64,000 nucleotides of DNA from Felis catus (Eukaryota), in assembly GCF_018350175.1 (NCBI RefSeq), contig NC_058380.1, positions 57,288,001 to 57,352,000 of the forward strand. Reading direction: 5' to 3'. The first letter of the stretch is position 1. Each line of letters starts with the position of its first letter. Below the pieces are notes generated by a model, which worked only from the letters and a program-made list of their open reading frames with translations, was not told the DNA's origin and searched no databases. Positions 25,768 to 37,720 of this stretch are shown one piece after another. Made by a program: the position numbers and the translations under genes.

Positions 25768-28700
25768 GTTTTTTTTTAAATGTTTATTTATTTTTGAGAG
25801 AGAGAAAGAGAGGGTGAGCAGGCAAGGGGTAGAGGAAGAAGGAGACACAGAATCCGAAGCAGGCTCCAGGCTCCAAGCTGTCAGCACAGAGCCCAATGCG
25901 GGGCTCAAACTCATGAACCGTGAGATCATGACCTGAGCCGAAGTTGGACACTTAACTGACTGAGCCACCCAGGTGCCCCTATGCCACTGGGTTTTGATGT
26001 GATTAGTTACATGCCACTTAATGTGATAAGAACTAACTAGAATAGGTAGCTACAAAAAAATCCCACAGTAAACATGAAACCTAATAGTGAAAAATTAAGG
26101 GGCATCTGGGTGGCTCAGTCAGTTAAGTGTCTGACTCTTGATTTTGGCTCAGGTCATGATTTCACAGTTTGTGAGTTTGAGCCCCACATCCGGTTCTGCC
26201 CCAATAGCAAGGAGCCTACTTGGGATTCTCTGTCTCCCTCTATCTCTGCCCTTTTCCTGCACTCTCTCTTTCTCAAAAATGAATAAATAGACTTTATAAA
26301 AAAAAAAACATTGACAAATTAAAAGCATTCTTTTAAAGATCAGGAACAAAATACAAGTATCTACTGTCATTAAGTCACTCAACATTATACTGAGGGTCTC
26401 AAGCAAGAGAAATGACCAGCTGTGCATGTGTGTAGAGAGAACAGAAGAGGTCCAGTGATGGAGCCCTGGTACACCACTGTTTAGAGGTCAGGAAGATGTA
26501 GTAGATCAGCAAAAGAGACCTAGAAGAAAGAGCCAATAAAATATGAGAATCAAGAAACGAAATGAAGTAATTCAAGGTGTGATAATGGTATTTTGGTTAT
26601 AGAGGAAATGACCTTAGAGGATAATGCTAATAATGCCATGATGTCAGAAACTTATTTTCAAATGGTACAATAAAAATTTATTATGTTATATCAGGTCATT
26701 TATCATATCATACCACATTAGAGAGAGACACACAAAGAGAACAAACAGCAAAATGTTAACAATTGGTGAATCTAGATGAAGGTACACAGGCCTTCACTGT
26801 GCATTCCTTCAACTTTTCTGCATGTTTGAAATTTTTCATAATAAAGAGATGGTAGAGGGGACTGTTTTGAGAACAATAGGTAATCAACTATCTTCATGAA
26901 ACTGCTCTTCCTAAAGTCAAATAATCTTATATCCCAGATTACAGTCTCTAAATACCATTTCCAACTAAAAGGAACTATAAATCTTTGGGAAAAATAGCTG
27001 ATACCAGATCTAGTTTAGGAATACACAAAATAAGCATGGAACATTTTACTATATTAAATAGCAAGAAACCTTAAAGGTTGTGTCAAAAAAAACCCACTCA
27101 GGATCCAACCTGAATAAGTTCCAACTGGTCAAAATAGGACAATTTTAAAATGATAAAAACAAGGGTGCCTGGGTGGCGCAGTCGGTTAAATGTCTGACTT
27201 CGACTCAGGTCAGGATCTCACAGCTTGTGAGTTTGAGCCCCGCGTTGGTCTCTGTGCCGACAGCTCAGAGCCTGGAGCCCACTTCAGATTCTATGTTTCC
27301 CTCTCTCTCTCTCTCTCTGCCCCTCCCCCACTCACGCTCTGTCTCTCAAAAATAAATAAATGTTAAAAAAAATTAATAAAAGGGTGTCTGGTGGCTCAAT
27401 CGGTTGAGGGTCCGACTTTGGCTCAGGTCATGATCTCACGGTCCCTGAGTTCAAGCCGCGCATCGGGCTCTGTGCTGACAGCTCAGAGCCTGGAGCCTGC
27501 TTCCAATTCTGTCTCCCTCTCTCTCTGCCCCTCCCCGGCTCGCACTCTGTCTCTCTCTCAAAAATTAATAAACATTAAAAAAAATTAATGAAAAAATAAA
27601 AATGATAAAAACAACCAACAATTGAGACACATCATACACGTATTAAATTATGAGTTCATAATGGTACCATAAAAAAACCTCACTGGTCACTTTTGGAGAA
27701 TGCAAGGGAACCAACTCATTAAAAGCTGGTAAAATAAAAGAGAAACAACCATTTTTCTTGCCCTTCCTACATGAAATATATCTCTGGGTAACAAGCTGTT
27801 GTGGAAAATTTTCTCTTTATAGAGGTATTCTACCTACTAAACAAAGAAGGAAAAACAGAATGAGAATATTATTTTCTAACTCCTTTATTAATGAAACTAG
27901 AGCAGTGCTTCTCAATCAGGGATAATTTTTTGTCNNNNNNNNNNNNNNNNNNNNNNNNNNNNNNNNNNNNNNNNNNNNNNNNNNNNNNNNNNNNNNNNNN
28001 NNNNNNNNNNNNNNNNNNNNNNNNNNNNNNNNNNNNNNNNNNNNNNNNNNNNNNNNNNNNNNNNNNTTAGGAATTATCTGTCCCCAAATGTCAGTAGTGC
28101 CAGGTGTGAGAAACCCTGGTCTAGACAATGAACATCATAATTTACCTCACAAACAGGCCACCGTATGCCTCCTGATAAGAGTACTAAACTAAAAAAGAGA
28201 GAGAGAGAATACTAAACCCACTGATGAATTAGTCTTGCCAAAATAATCAAATCTAAATCTGATTAAGTCTCTAACTACCAATTTACCAGAAATACAGGGG
28301 ACTGAGAAACATGATAAATTTACCAGAAGAAGCTCAGAAAAATTCAGACTTTGAGAAACGCTACAGAACAAATGACATGGTTTCTTTAGAAAACGGGCAC
28401 CTGGGTAGCTCAGGTGGTTAAGCATCTGACTCTTGATTTCAGGTCAGGTCATGATCTTGTGGTCCCCAGATTGAGCCCCACAGGCTCCACACCTACAGCA
28501 AGGAGCCTGCTTGGGATTCTCTCTCTCTCCCTCTCTCTCTGCCCCTCCCCTGCTCATGCTGTGTGTGTCTCTCAAAATAAATACATAAACATTAAAACAA
28601 ACAAACAAACCGGGGCTCCTGGCTGGCTTAGTCAGTGGAGCACACAACTCTTGATCTCAAGGTTGTAAGTTCAACAGTCCGTGTGTGCGCTCAGNNNNNN

Positions 28701-29172
28701 NNNNNNNNNNNNNNNNNNNNNNNNNNNNNNNNNNNNNNNNNNNNNNNNNNNNNNNNNNNNNNNNNNNNNNNNNNNNNNNNNNNNNNNNNNNNNNNNNNNN
28801 NNNNNNNNNNNNNNNNNNNNNNNNNNNNNNNNNNNNNNNNNNNNNNNNNAAACAGTAAGGGATAAAAGAGGATGAACTTAAAGATTTAAAAAGATTTAAG
28901 AGATACATCAACTGTGATGTATTGACCTTATTTGGATTTTGGTTCAAACAATTTCTTTTTTTTTTTTTTTAATGTTTATTTTTGAAAGCGAGAAAGAGAG
29001 ACATAGAGCACGAGCAGGGGAGGGGCAGAGAGAGAGAGGGAGACACAGAATCTGAAGCAGGCTTCAGGCTCTGAGCTGTCAGGCTCTGACCCTGGGCTTG
29101 AACTCATGAACTGCAAGATCATGACCTGAGCTGAAGTCGGATGCTCAACCAACTGAGCCACCCAGATGCCCC
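25768..29172. mobile_element. Dispersed Can-SINEs plus a MER20-like hAT remnant (~27903-28119)
   Basis: SINEs at ~25768-25979 (-), 26098-26309, 27163-27375, 27381-27600, 28396-28610, 28956-29172 (-); CAGTGCTTCTCAA...GAGAAACCCTG ends resemble MER20. Confidence 0.7.
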
Positions 29173-30291
29173 AAGCAATTTCTTAAACTAAACATTTATA
29201 TGATAATGGGGGAAATATGAGCAAATAGATATTTGATATTAAGGAATTATCGGGCTTTTTGGGGTGTGACATGGTACTGTGGTTTGGTTTAAAGAAGAAT
29301 CCTCGTCTTTCAAAGGTAACATACTGAAATATTTATTGATGAAATGCTATATCAAAAATATACACCAAATAATTAAGTGGAAGGAGAGAGCAAGGGTATA
29401 GAGTTAGATGAAACAAGATTGGCCATGAATTATCATTGGAGAATCATTAGCATAGTAGGTACATGAAAGCAGGTACTTTCACCTCGGTCAGATCACTTAT
29501 GGCAACAGTACAAATGAGGCATAGACAAGTGATTTTGCACAAGGTTCTCCAACAAAATGGTCTTACCCAAGGTAAATAAACATTCATTGTTTTATTGTTT
29601 GTTCTTTCTTTTCATATTTGACATTTTTCCATCATAAAAGTTTGAAAAACAACCACAAAAGGATCTTCTAATAGCTTAAATTAAGGAATACTTAAAACTT
29701 ATCTTAGCAGACCCCTCTGTACTACTTAATGCTGTTCATTATTTCACTTTCCCTAAATTCCCCATTCCTTGGATTCCATGGCACCAGCCTCTCTAGATTC
29801 TCTTCCTATCTTTCAGCTTGATTCTTCATAGTCTCCTTCACGGAATTCTTTTCATCCACACACCCTTTTAATGTTGGTGATTCCCAGGATTCTTGTCAGC
29901 CTTCTCCCTCTATACACTCTACTTGGATGATGGCATCCACATTCATGGTTTCCTTTATCATCACACCTTTACTTGAGGCAAACATCCAACTTCCCCCACC
30001 CAACCTTTCCTCCTGGATTCTTTATCTCAGCTGATATCACCAGTCATCTAAACTACAAACTTAAAAATGATCCTGGCTGATGCTTTCTCTCCACTGACCT
30101 GACTGACTTCGGATACTAAATCAATCATCAAGTTTTCCCAGACTGGTTGAATGTTTCCTCTTCTTCCCTATTATCCCTATCCTAGTTCAGTCTCTCATCC
30201 TCTCCTGACTGAACATTAGCAGAACTTCCTTTCTAATCAGTCTCCCTGCCTCCATACAACCACCACAGTTATCTTTCTAAAACAGGATCCT

Positions 30292-30529
30292 GGGGGCCCC
30301 TGGGTGGTGCAGTCGGTTGGGCGTCCGACTTCAGCCAGGTCACGATCAGCCAGGTCACGATCTCGCGGTCGGTGAGTTCGAGCCCCGCGTCAGGCTCTGG
30401 GCTGATGGCTTGGAGCCTGGAGCCTGTTTCCGATTCTGTGTCTCCCTCTCTCTCTGCCCCTCCCCCGTTCATGCTCTGTCTCTCTCTGTCCCCCCCAAAA
30501 AATAAATAAACGTTGAAAAAAAAAATTTT
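30292..30529 (+). mobile_element. Young felid SINEC_Fc with an internal 15-bp duplication
   Basis: CpG-rich copy; TSD AAACAGGATCCT; TCAGCCAGGTCACGA occurs twice (30331-30360). Confidence 0.9.
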
Positions 30530-31479
30530 AAACAGGATCCTGGCTCCTCTGCTTGGAATTACTATCACCAACAACGGTAACTCTCAAACTTGGATAAAAG
30601 GTCAGATATATGTCAATTACATTATTATAATAATATTTTAACAAAATGCATAAATTCCTAGTGTTTACAGATCTCATACAACTATAGGAAGCACATTTAC
30701 AAATTAAATAGTTGTGGGTGTTAAATGAACATTAACGTGATGAATGAGTTTGTTTCGCTGAGATCAAATTGCCTCTGGAAGAATTACATGATGCACAAGG
30801 CCCAGGCATAGGTTGTTCTCAAGACTGGCCTATCTTCACTGGCTCTGGAAGGGCTGTGAATCTCTTCCATTCTGTCTCCAAACCTGTGCGAAATCTTCCG
30901 CTGTACGCTGCACCGGGACAGCATCCGGTCTTCTCTCCACCCTAAGGCAACGTTTATAATCTAAGACTGTTTTTTCTCTTCTCATTAGCCCCGGACAATT
31001 AAATAGAACTTGGCTCCAACTCTCATAAACACCGGACAGGACTCTGTTAGAAGGCGAGCACGCACACGGACGCAGAATGTGCTTGTCTTAATTTCCTTTT
31101 CATCTTACCACAGAAACAGAAATGAAATACTTGAGATTTTTTTTTTTTTAAAGAACTCTGCCTTCTTCAAGCCCTCTCGCTCCCGAGACCTGCAGCCTTC
31201 ATTCCCGCCACCCTCCATTCCGCCGCTAGGTGGCAAGCTGCTCACAGCTGCCTGCAAACGCTCGCCTGGGAGGCGTCCTCCGGATGGAGCGTCGTCACTC
31301 ATCCCTGGCGATAATTGGCTATTTCGCCGACCCCCCGGGGGGAGGAGCCAGCAGAGAACCGGAAGCGTTGGGTTCGGTGAGTGCACAGTGCGTGCGCATT
31401 CAGGGCTCTGCACCGACTTAAAAGAGGCAGACTGCAGCTCCTCCTCCAGCCTGAGGGGGCAGACCGGATTCCTACACGG

Positions 31480-31880
31480 TGGAGGGCAGAACCTCCAGAG
31501 AGGGGTCACACTGATAAGGGCTGGGCCACATTGAGGGGAGGAGTCACGTTGAGAGGAGGGGGTCACAATGACCGGTGTAGTCACTCTGAGAGGTGGGGTC
31601 TCATTGTGTAGAAGAAACACACAGAGGAGGGGTGTCTCACTGAGGGGTTCTGATACACACTGATGGTGGCAGTATCATACTGGGGAAAGGTCCCTCTGAA
31701 GGGGGCGTCTCACTGAGGAAGTGAGGGTTCTCCGAAGGAAAGGGCTCCTGGAGGGGCGGGGTTTTGCCGAGGGGTGGGATCTCGCGGAAGGAGGGGCTTC
31801 CGGGCAGGTGGAGGCTTCTCTGCAGAGAGATAGGGTCGTTTGGAGGAAAGAGTAGGAGGTTGAGGCTGGGTAGTCACTGG
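31480..31880. repeat. Degenerate ~17-20-nt tandem repeat, consensus approximately GAGGAGGGGTCACACTGA
   Basis: Units such as gagaggggtcacactga, ggggaggagtcacgttga, gaggagggggtcacaatga, ggaggggtgtctcactga, agggggcgtctcactga; parsed by eye. Confidence 0.55.
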
Positions 31881-32319
31881 ACGGATACTCCTCTCTTCCT
31901 CTGAACTTTATTCGAGGGAGGCGGGATGGAGTAAGGAGGTGTGGGCCACATCAGGGACGGGCTGGCCACAGGCTCACGATACAACCGCCCGAGAAGGGAG
32001 AAAGTGTCAGGGAATCCAGGGGTGTAAGGGTCGAGACCTGGGAAATGGGCAGGCTGGAACAGAGCGCGGGCCGGAAAGGTAGGCAGGTTGCTGGGCTACC
32101 TCCGATTGTGGCTAGACCTGAAGTGTCTACTTTTCTGCCCTGCTGGCCCACGGAGCCCAGGAATCCGGCGGCTTCCTGAGCTCGGCTCTCTGTAGACAGT
32201 GGACTGAGGGTGGGAGGAGAGAAAGGACACCCAGGGCAGCTAAAAAGGTATTTGAGCTGCGCGGACGCACAATCAGCCTATAATTCCCTTCAGTTATTTA
32301 GCTCGGGCCTGAACTTATT

Positions 32320-33320
32320 TGGCCCCGACGTCCCAGACCCTCTCGCCCAGGGTGTCGCTGCCACGGGTTAGGGGTTGCGTACCTGAGGGGGCGTGGCCGC
32401 TGCCGGTGGGCCGGGCTGGAAGGAGTTAAGCGGAGGCCCGGCTCAGCCCCGCCCCTGGCAGGCCGCGGAGCCTGAGCCCCAGCGGCGAAGCGGAGCAGCC
32501 GCCGCCCGCCCGCCAGCCAGCCCGCCTCCGCCTGCGGGGAGTCCGCCCGCTTGCCCGCCGGCGCCCGGGAGAGCCACTGCCACCGCCCGGCCCAGGCCCA
32601 GGCCCAGGCCCTGCGCCGAAAGAAGCGGAGCGGCGTTTACCCGGGCCCTGCAAGCCGGCGCGGCGGGGGCGGGCCCAGGATCTTCCGCTGATCTTCCATT
32701 CTCCCGGGCGGGAGCGGGAGCCCCTGCGTCCCGAATCNNNNNNNNNNNNNNNNNNNNNNNNNNNNNNNNNNNNNNNNNNNNNNNNNNNNNNNNNNNNNNN
32801 NNNNNNNNNNNNNNNNNNNNNNNNNNNNNNNNNNNNNNNNNNNNNNNNNNNNNNNNNNNNNNNNNNNNNNNNNNNNNNNNNNNNNNNNNNNNNNNNNNNN
32901 NNNNNNNNNNNNNNNNNNNNNNNNNNNNNNNNNNNNNNNNNNNNNNNNNNNNNNNNNNNNNNNNNNNNNNNNNGCCTGGCGCGCGTGGACGATTTCCACT
33001 GCGCCGAGAAGATCGGGGCCGGCTTCTTCTCTGAGGTCTACAAGGTAGGATCAGCAGAGAGGGCAGAGGGGCGGGACCGAGCCTTAGACGGGAGGCTGGA
33101 ACTAGGGGCCCCAGACCCGGACGACACTCGCGACCTGGCGAATCTGCACGGGACTCGCCGGCCCATGCCGCCCCCAGGTTCGGCACCGACAGTCAGGGCA
33201 AGTCATGGTGCTGAAAATGAACAGACTCCCCAGTAACCGGGGAAACACGCTACGGGAGGTGCAGCTGATGAACCGGCTCCGACACCCGAACATCCTAAGG
33301 TGAGCGGCCTCAGCCGCTTG
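32320..33320. promoter_or_regulatory. TESK1 CpG-island promoter
   Basis: Very high GC/CpG content and GC boxes (CCCCGCCCC ~32447, GGGGCGGG ~32666) spanning exons 1-2. Confidence 0.85.
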
Positions 33321-36300
33321 CTGAGAAGCTTGCTGGGAGAAGAGGAAAGATCCCGCGGGAAAAGTGGGAACTGTAGAGGGGCCTGGGTTCTTACAGCCTA
33401 CCCTCCTATCTTCCCCATCCTCTTCCAGGTTCATGGGGGTCTGTGTGCACCAGGGGCAGCTGCACGCTCTTACAGAGGTGAGGATGGGCCAGGAAGGAGG
33501 GGACCCCCCACCATCACCATGGGGAGAGAAAGTCAGCGCCCGATGCATCTACAGAGGAATAATGAGAGGCAGCAGGACCTCCTCCCATGGGAGGCTTCCT
33601 GAACTTCCCTTTGGGCTAACCACAAATAAAAGGCCTCAATTGGTCACATTCCCTATATGCTCTATAACAATGTTGTCCAATAGAACTTTTTGTAGTGATG
33701 AAAATGTTCTGTAGGTACATGTGGGTAGGTAGCAGTAGAAATATGACTAGTGTGACTGGAGAGCTGAATGTTTAATTTTATTTAAACTTAATTTAAATTT
33801 AAATAGTTGCACAGGTCTTGGACAGGACAGCTCTAGAATATGAGCGGGAGATCCTAGCGCACAGACTCACCCTTCTGACCTTTGCGATCCTCCTAAGTGT
33901 CCCCTGGCTTATAAGTAGGAGACCTGCAGTACAGGCAGAAACCTTGACATTCATTCCCCTTCTGCTCCCATTATGCCCCAGTATATGAATGGGGGAACCC
34001 TTGAACAGCTGCTCAGCTCTCCGGAACCCCTGTCCTGGCCTGTCAGGCTCCACCTGGCTCTGGACATTGCCCGCGGCCTGCGGTACCTGCATGCCAAAGG
34101 TGTATTCCACCGAGACCTAACATCCAAGGTAGGCTGGCCAGGTGGATGGAGGCATGAAAGGGGATTTGAAACTATTACACTGTAACTGACCCATGGATGT
34201 TGAAATGTGGATAGTAGACATATTAGGATGTTGGGGTAGCAAAGCATTGGAGAACGGGGGACTGAGGTGAAGGGGAGCTCTAAGGGGCTGGTTACCAGCC
34301 TATGTTTGCAGTGATAGATGAAATTGCAAGATTGTGGTGCATTAGAGAACTGGTAGATCAGAGAGGGTTGGGGTTCTTCTGGAGTGACAGGGCTTTGGGG
34401 TGTATATTGGGAGATAAGAGAACAGAAGGTGATGGGTGTATGGGGATGCTATGTGTGTGCCAGAACTGTCTGATCCGACGGGAAGACCAAGGCTTCACGG
34501 CTGTTGTGGGTGACTTCGGGCTGGCTGAAAAGATTCCTGTGTATAGGTGAGGTGAATGCCCCTGTGCTCCCTAAACTTTCTAGAAGGCCCCTATCTAAAT
34601 GAAGCCTCCAGAGACATTTCCCTTGGAGTGGGGAGGGGGCTGACCTCATCCCCTTTTGTTTAGGGGGGTTATCTGAGTGAGCTGTTTCTGACCACTCTGC
34701 CCCTACCCCTGCAGGGAAGGGGCAAGAAAGGAGCCATTGGCTGTGGTAGGTTCCCCATACTGGATGGCTCCAGAGGTGTTGCGGGGTGAGCTGTATGATG
34801 AGAAGGTAAGACATCAATCCTTCAGATACCCAAGGCCTTCCAGAGACCTTCGAGATACTTTTATAAGGTCCCATCCCAATTTCCTTAACAGCCCTACTGA
34901 ATATTTAGGAGACCCCCAAGATCTCCCTTCCCCTTCATAGGCACCCCTCCAACACATGAAACTATCAAGACTTCCCCCCAAAGTCCGACATATTCTGACA
35001 AAATTCTGACATGAAAACTGTCAGTGTCTTCCACTGACATTCTCTCCTCCCCCCCAGGCTGATGTCTTTGCCTTTGGGATTGTCCTCTGTGAGCTCATTG
35101 CACGAGTACCTGCCGACCCAGATTACCTACCCCGTACTGAGGTGAATGATGTCTCCAGGTTTGAGAAGGAGGAGCTCTAGACTGGTTCTCTGGAGGTTGA
35201 GGTCCTGACTGGGGGGCAGAAGGAGAACCCAAGGAAGGCTGACTTGAAGGCCCCTCTTCTCTGTACCCGCAGGACTTCGGCCTGGATGTGCCTGCTTTCC
35301 AGACCCTGGTAGGGGATGACTGCCCACTGCCCTTCCTGCTCCTGGCCATCCACTGCTGCAGTGTAAGATCCTCACTCCCTTTCCTTGCCTACCACCCACA
35401 TCCATCAGCTGGCAAGGCTTTCCTGTCCCAGGTGGTGAGAGGAAAACTTAGGGACCCTCTTTTGGAGCAATGAATGAAGCTGCCCCTTTCTCTCCCCATC
35501 AGATGGAACCCAGCACTCGTGCTCCCTTCACCGAAATCACCCAGCACCTGGAATGGATCCTTGAGCAGCTGCCTGAGCCATCCCCCCTCACCAGGGCTCC
35601 CCTGACACACAATCAGAGTAAGTGAGCATGACCTTGACCCAACATAAGTCCTTTTGTGTCTCTTCCCTAGGACTGAGGGAATTGTCTGGGGAAGACTAAG
35701 TGTATTTATTAGCTGAGAAGGCTGTGGGTGGGTAGTGGTGAAAGGACATCTCAAAAAAAGATATTTTCAAATTCTAGAGCCAAGGAAGGAGAAGGAGGAA
35801 AGAAGAGGTAAAGGAGGGCTAGAGGTGACATCTCCCCCTTTCCAAAGTACCCAGTGGAACTCCCTTTTGTAAGCTCTAGTCCCACCAGCCTCCTGGTGAA
35901 TAATGAGGCCTCAAGGAACTATGATCAATGCTAAGAACAGTAACCACACACTTCTCTGTCTACAGGGTCTGTTTCAAGAGGGGGTCCGTCTGCCACACTT
36001 CCTAGGCCAGACCCCCGGCTTTCCCGAAGCCGGTCAGACCTCTTCCTGCCCCCATCACCGGAATCACCCCCCAACTGGGGGGACAATCTGACTCGAGTCA
36101 ACCCCTTTTCACTCCGGGAAGACCTCAGGGGAGGCAAGATCAAGCTGTTGGACACACCCAGCAAGCCAGTCGCCCCCCTGCCCCTTGTACCACCATCACC
36201 ACTGCCCTCCACCCAACTGCCCTTGGTGACCACTCCAGAGACCCTGGTCCAGCCTGGGACACCTGCCCGTCGCTGCCGCTCGCTACCATCATCCCCTGAA

Positions 36301-36852
36301 CTTCCCCGACGTATGGAGACAGCACTGCCAGGTCCTGGCCCCCCCACTGTGGGCCCCTCGGCTGAAGAAAGAATGGAGTGTGAGGGCAGTAGCCCTGAGC
36401 CAGAACCCCCAGGACCAGCTCCCCAGCTGCCCCTGGCCGTGGCCACAGACAACTTCATCAGCACTTGTTCCTCAGCCTCCCAGCCCTGGTCCCCTAGATC
36501 AGGACCTACCCTTNNNNNNNNNNNNNNNNNNNNNNNNNNNNNNNNNNNNNNNNNNNNNNNNNNNNNNNNNNNNNNNNNNNNNNNNNNNNNNNNNNNNNNN
36601 NNNNNNNNNNNNNNNNNNNNNNNNNNNNNNNNNNNNNNNNNNNNNCCCCGGGAGTCTGATGAGGGGCTGCCCTGCCCTGGCTGCTGTCTTGGCCCGTTCA
36701 GCTTTGGCTTCCTGTCCATGTGCCCCCGCCCCACACCAGCTGTTGCTCGCTACCGCAACCTGAACTGTGAGGCGGGCAGTCTCCTCTGCCACCGAGGGCA
36801 CCATGCCAAGCCTCCCACACCCGGCCTGCAGCTGCCTGGGGCACGCTCTTAG
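32974..36852 (+). CDS. TESK1: Dual-specificity testis-specific protein kinase 1 (cofilin kinase, LIMK/TESK family); ATG hidden in N gap 32738-32973, expected near 32826
   Basis: Exons ..33044, 33178-33299, 33429-33477, 33982-34128, 34464-34546, 34715-34805, 35058-35141, 35273-35362, 35503-35617, 35966-36852 (TAG; gap 36514-36645). Motifs [21 protein letters not shown] (TESK signature), [12 protein letters not shown], the 14-3-3 site RCRSLP and a Pro-rich tail. Confidence 0.97.
33665..33836. mobile_element. MER3-like hAT-Charlie MITE in TESK1 intron 3
   Basis: TGTCCAATAGAACTTT...GATGAAAATGTTCT...TTGGACAG ends recalled from the MER3 consensus. Confidence 0.6.
35206..35272 (+). ncRNA. MIR4667-like 5'-tailed mirtron hairpin at the 3' end of TESK1 intron 7
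   Basis: TGACTGGGGGGCAGAAGGAGAACCCAAGGAAGGCTGACTTGAAGGCCCCTCTTCTCTGTACCCGCAG closely matches my recollection of hsa-mir-4667, ends at the acceptor AG, and its arms can pair. Expression is unknown. Confidence 0.5.
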
Positions 36853-37111
36853 CAGTAGAGCCTGTGGTCTCTGGCCTCCAACCTTGGCCTTCAGGATGCC
36901 CTGTGAGGACAGAGCACACATATTGGACAGTGCCAGCCCCGGATGGGCTGACCGGCTCTTCTCCCCGTGTAGGGGAACCTCAGCATGGACTCAAGGGACG
37001 GAACATTTCCTATCTAGCCCCTGGGCTTGCTCTCCCGTGGGCAATCACTGAACCAGACAAAGCATTGCTGACACATGAGACTAACACGTGCAAATTATTT
37101 AAAAATATTTC

Positions 37112-37117
37112 AATAAA
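37112..37117 (+). terminator. TESK1 polyadenylation signal AATAAA
   Basis: AATAAA 260 nt after the stop codon. Confidence 0.8.
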
Positions 37118-37720
37118 ACTGCCTGGCTGGCTCCGGGCTGCCCCTATCCACTCAGCCCATGCGCCCTCCTCCACCCCGCCCCCAATTCCACTATGGGAAG
37201 TTCTTGGGGAGGCCAAAATCTCTTCTAGAGACTTCTTCACCCACTTTCCCAGGAACAGTCCAGTTTCTGGGACAGGATTTCAAGCAGGCGGCAGGCTGGC
37301 TGGAAGTGTTGGGCATGGATCAGCCCTTGCCTGGGCACTGCCCACAGAAGAGTGAAAGAACACTGGAGGGAGATGATCTTAGGGCCTGCAGGCTGCAGTT
37401 ACAGGTGAGGGGCACAGGCTCTTGTTGGCACGTGTACCTGTAAGAGTGAAGCATCAGTGAGCTCCACATTCACTGTTATTAAGAATGCTCATCCAGCTCA
37501 TCCCATCTTCTCAGACAGCCAAGAAGCCTCCCTCCAGTTCCAGGCCTTCCCTGCCCAACCCCCCCTTACATAAGCAGACCAAGGCCCTGAAGTCTGTGGA
37601 GGTGACTGTCACTCTCAGGAATAAGTTTTTCCCCTGACTTCTGAGCCCCTGCTCTGAGATCCTCTCCCTCCTCCCTCCCCAACTCTCATGCCTCAGTCCC
37701 ATCCCTCGTGCTTACCCAAC

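Noticed and set aside
14207-30574. Many 60-125 aa ORFs of the type MAQSVK.LT.AQVMIS
   Set aside because: They are translations of Can-SINE copies, not genes.
31010-31620. Overlapping 174-aa and 171-aa ORFs
   Set aside because: Expected by chance in GC-rich sequence; no recognisable domain.
31480-31880. CRISPR-like repeat-spacer interpretation of the periodic region
   Set aside because: Eukaryotic context, no identical repeats with unique spacers, no cas genes.
32393-33186. Long ORFs across the TESK1 promoter
   Set aside because: Artefacts of GC richness and of reading through the N gap.
37438-37715. Equivalent of the human CD72 intron-8 13-nt repeat polymorphism
   Set aside because: No clear 13-nt tandem repeat is visible here.
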